From positions 1,216,001-1,280,000 of the forward strand of contig CBDBCZ010000016.1 of NCBI GenBank assembly GCA_965203295.1: a stretch of 64,000 nucleotides of DNA. The letters run 5' to 3'. The stretch comes from Nitrospirales bacterium (GTDB lineage Bacteria > Nitrospirota > Nitrospiria > Nitrospirales > UBA8639). Position numbers and translations under genes: made by a program. This document shows positions 60,641 through 64,000 of this stretch, one piece after another; position 1 is the first letter of the stretch, and every line of letters begins with the position of its first letter. A model generated the notes under the pieces. That model searched no databases. It saw nothing but the letters and a program-made list of their open reading frames with translations, and was not told where the DNA came from.

Positions 60641-62485
60641 ATGGACTTCGTTGTTGTAGCAGCAATTATTCTACACCTTCTAAGTAGTCTGGTAGTCGTG
60701 GAGTGTGATACTACCCAGTGTACCAGCAAGGAGAGCTGCAACTTTGGAATTACAACCAATCAAGTGTCCAGTGAAGTGGACAGTTGCGAGAACACCTGGT
60801 TCCTTCTAGCCCCCGATGATGACCATACCTGTGAGTGTGGTAGTACTGTAGGGAGTAAAGTGAGATGCGACAATGCCACCAAGGAAGTGGATATTCTTGA
60901 CTGCTACTGCATGACATACAGCGAGGACGACCACTCAACAGTGCTTGGACAGTGTGTGTATGGTTGTAGTCATAAATCAAGTTACCACTCTCTCCCGTCC
61001 AACATTTCTCAGCTGAATGAAGAGGTTTGTGGATGGCTTTATCGTGATGGTCAATTGTGTGGCAAATGCAAAGACGGTTTTGCACCAGCAGTATATTCCT
61101 ACAGTTTAAGTTGTGTAGAGTGCAAGGATTATCACTATAATTGGGTAAAGTACGCAGTGGTTTCATTATTACCCCTGACTGTGTTCTTTTTTGTTATCAC
61201 ATTTACTAGGATTAAACTACTTTCGGGTGCATGGTCTGGTTACATTTTGATCAGTCAAGTACTGTCAACACCTCTTCTAATGCGTGTATATCAGCTACAT
61301 CAGGATCACAACACATTCCACTTCACTCTAGGTATTCTTAGTGTACCTTATGGTGTCTCAAATCTCGATTTTTTTCGTCTTCTATACCCACCATTTTGCC
61401 TACATCCTCACATGTCCACCATCCAGGCTTTAGCATTGGACTACATTACAGCTGCTTATCCCCTGGCCCTAATTGTAATCACTTATTTTCTGGTTGTACT
61501 GTACGACAACAATGTAAGGGTAATTGTGTGGCTATGGAAGCCCTTTAATTACTGCTCTGTTCGTTTTAGAAGGAACTGGAATATCAAAAGTTCGTTAGTC
61601 GATTCTTTTGCTACCTTCATTATTTTATCTTACATGAAATTTTTGGACGTATCTATCAATCTTTTGATTCCAGTTCGTCTTTTTAATATTCATGGGAAGT
61701 CAGTTGGGATATATCTTTTTTATGATGCCACAGTTAAGTATTTCAGCAAAGAGCACCTTCCATATGCATTCCTGGCGCTTGGAGTATTCTTGACTTTCAA
61801 TGTTTTCCCAGTCTTACTGTTGAGCTTGTATCCCTGTCAATGTTTTCAGAAATGCATAAACCGCTGCAGGCTTAGTAACTGTCAGGCACTACATATATTT
61901 ATGGACGCCTTTCAAGGTTGCTACAAGAATGGAACAAATGGTACAAAAGATTGTAGGTGGTATGCAGCAGTGTACTTGTGGGTTCGAATTGCATTTTTCA
62001 TTGTGAGTGCAGTAGCTCTTTCAGATTTATGGTTACCTTTTGTTACATTTGTTCACCTCATTATGCTGATTCTAGTTACTGTATTCCATCCCTACAAGTC
62101 TGCTACTTTCAACACTGTTGAAACAATTTTATTTTTTGTATTGGCTTTCATACTTGTATCAGCCATGGCACATGTTATATCGGACTATATAGTCCATCAC
62201 TTCCAGAAAATGTTGGATGTAATTGGTAGCATTTTCGCGATTGTTCCATTCATATATGTACTGGCAGTCTTGCTGTACAGGCTGCTATTCCATAGCCACC
62301 GTGTGCAAACAGTCTACCGAAAGTTCAAGACTTGGCTATTGTACTACTGCAAAGATTCAATTACTCACGCAGACTCACAGGAGTCACTGCCAGACAGAAT
62401 AGCTTATGACCATCCAGAAGAGAACACAGCCCTACTACCTGTGCCGATGCAATCGGATAGCAATTCTGAGGCTACTTATTATTAA
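60641..62485 (+). CDS. Receptor copy B1c, intact, 614 aa
   Basis: Intact ORF, near-identical to B1a and B1b. Confidence 0.92.
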   Translation: MDFVVVAAIILHLLSSLVVVECDTTQCTSKESCNFGITTNQVSSEVDSCENTWFLLAPDDDHTCECGSTVGSKVRCDNATKEVDILDCYCMTYSEDDHSTVLGQCVYGCSHKSSYHSLPSNISQLNEEVCGWLYRDGQLCGKCKDGFAPAVYSYSLSCVECKDYHYNWVKYAVVSLLPLTVFFFVITFTRIKLLSGAWSGYILISQVLSTPLLMRVYQLHQDHNTFHFTLGILSVPYGVSNLDFFRLLYPPFCLHPHMSTIQALALDYITAAYPLALIVITYFLVVLYDNNVRVIVWLWKPFNYCSVRFRRNWNIKSSLVDSFATFIILSYMKFLDVSINLLIPVRLFNIHGKSVGIYLFYDATVKYFSKEHLPYAFLALGVFLTFNVFPVLLLSLYPCQCFQKCINRCRLSNCQALHIFMDAFQGCYKNGTNGTKDCRWYAAVYLWVRIAFFIVSAVALSDLWLPFVTFVHLIMLILVTVFHPYKSATFNTVETILFFVLAFILVSAMAHVISDYIVHHFQKMLDVIGSIFAIVPFIYVLAVLLYRLLFHSHRVQTVYRKFKTWLLYYCKDSITHADSQESLPDRIAYDHPEENTALLPVPMQSDSNSEATYY

Positions 62486-63865
62486 CTTGGACAGAGGCTG
62501 AAAGAACAAGATAACGATATACAAAGGAGTCGTAAACGTGTTGTGATTCTGATATACTTGAATGAATGTTAGTGTATTTACATCCACATAGTTATAGTTA
62601 TCTGAATGTATATGCTATTTCCTGTTTCTGTTACCAATGAATGACATTGTAGTAAAGTGTTCAGTGTGTCTGAGAACAAACTATGCATAAACAGCAACCA
62701 CACTTACTACATTCTTCAATATGCAGCTCATGCAGAACATGATAACAATAATATAAAGGAGCCTTAAACTTGTTGTGATTGTGATATAGCTACTTGAATG
62801 AATGTTAGTGTATTTACATCCACATAGTATTAATTATCTGACTGTATTGTTTTATCTTGATTGCTAAATGTATATGATATTTTCTGTTTTTGTTACCATT
62901 GAATGACATTGTAGTAATGTGTTCAGTGTATCTGAGAACAAACTATTCATAAACAGCAACTACAAGTGCATTGTAAAATTACCTCCGAACCTTAATGCAT
63001 TCTTCAGTTTGCAGCCCACCACTACCGGAATTTGCAGAATCTTTGCAACACTGTATAAGGCTCAGAACTCAGCATGATCCTTATATGGAAGGCACTGTTT
63101 ACTTTGATCCAAGAGTGACTTGTTAATCATTCATTCACCCACCCATTATTTTACTTAGCAGCTCCTGAGCTCAAGCCTACAGTGTTTCAAAGATTCTGCA
63201 AAGTTTTGTACCAATGATCTGTTTCAGCAATCATTACATGTACCTCAGCCTAGTTTGCAAGCATAAATAATCTCATGCAGTGACTCTCCATGCATGATAC
63301 ATGTATAATATTTGTAGTACTACAACAAAATTGCTATCTTAAATATTATCGTTTTTGAGTGGAAACTTAAAGGAATAAACTAGCGTTGTTCCCAGAATCC
63401 ACTGCCAGCATTTTTTTGCACATTGGAATATTTCTTGTCTCTGCAGTTAAGGCAATTAATAACACACAAGCGGGAATGTTTTCATGTTGTAAAGAATCCC
63501 AACTAAAATTCATGTGGAGCCATACATGTACATATACTGCTATATGCATAGCCTGTACATGTAGCAGAAATCATTAGTCTGAGTGTACAAACCTGGCACT
63601 ACTCCCTTTGAACAACAGAAGGTTTCCTGTTCTGCGTCAGGGGAAACCTCAAAGGAAATACATGACAGAATTTTGATAGGAACCACAAGGAAACACGAAG
63701 ACATAGCATGTTTCTCTAAATGACATTGGAGACATGCAGTGTCTTCATTTCCTTGAGGATCCTATCAAAACTCTGTTGTATTTCCTTACAAGTTTCCCTC
63801 GATGCAGAGCAGGAAGCTCTTGTTTATCACAGTAACTGCTCCTCAGCAATCATTTTGCAGGAATA

Positions 63866-64000
63866 ATGGTTTACTTCGTTGTTGTAGCAGCTACTCTACA
63901 CCTTCTAAGTAGTCTGGTGGCCGTGGAGTGTGATACTACCCAGTGTACCAGCAAGGAGAGCTGCAACTTTGGAATTATGCATTCCACTGTGTTAGGAGTA
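63866..64000 (+). pseudogene. 5' receptor fragment mini-ORF, third copy (runs off the window)
   Basis: Reads MVYFVVVAATLHLLSSLVAVECDTTQCTSKESCNFGIMHSTVLGV..., with the same breakpoint as 40110 and 52989. Confidence 0.75.

Larger units (their letters stand above)
36976..64000 (+). repeat. ~10.3-kb higher-order tandem duplication, ~2.3 units visible (B1 gene + mini-ORF + B2 gene + MITE-rich spacer)
   Basis: B1 stop codons at 38738, 51601 and 62485. The spacings 12863 and 10884 both reduce to ~10.31 kb after removing the 2546-bp pogo and the 566-bp MITE. Intergenic sequences are near-identical between units. Confidence 0.92.

Noticed and set aside
386..63577. Numerous 60-140 aa antisense or alternate-frame ORFs overlapping real genes or repeated in each unit
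   Set aside because: These are shadow ORFs; their recurrence reflects DNA duplication, not independent coding conservation.

Overview
Eukaryotic genomic DNA with spliceosomal introns and many DNA transposons. The gene families and repeats look demosponge-like, which is an inference. (1) 47-13294 (+): a predicted 11-exon, ~899-aa gene joining an intact TKL-type protein kinase, a coiled-coil/low-complexity linker and a C-terminal Rho/Rac-family GTPase ending in CAAX (CVIQ). All ten GT-AG introns are phase 0, and the Rho exon has no start ATG upstream of its P-loop. (2) 15.5-64 kb (+): a tandem array of single-coding-exon orphan receptor-like genes (signal peptide, Cys-rich ectodomain, ~9-10 TM helices). 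It holds two 'A' copies, one long beta-helix (Pmp-like) form split by a single in-frame TGA, six 'B' copies (three full-length intact, one 5'-truncated, two disrupted), decayed remnants and 5' mini-ORFs. The B copies lie in a ~10.3-kb higher-order repeat. (3) An intact-looking 4.9-kb Mutator-like element (59-bp TIR, 8-bp TSD) encodes a 7-exon transposase-SWIM-Ulp1 protease-PHD fusion and is nested in an IS3EU-like foldback element (6-bp TSD). (4) A 2546-bp pogo (DD35D) transposon with perfect 28-bp TIRs and a TA TSD carries a second, stand-alone HIRAN-domain ORF; its empty site is visible in the paralogous repeat unit. Many MITEs (Academ-, Sola-, hAT5-, pogo- and Helentron-like) are present. 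No rRNA, tRNA or CRISPR array was seen. All domain calls come from motif recognition by eye; no searches were run.
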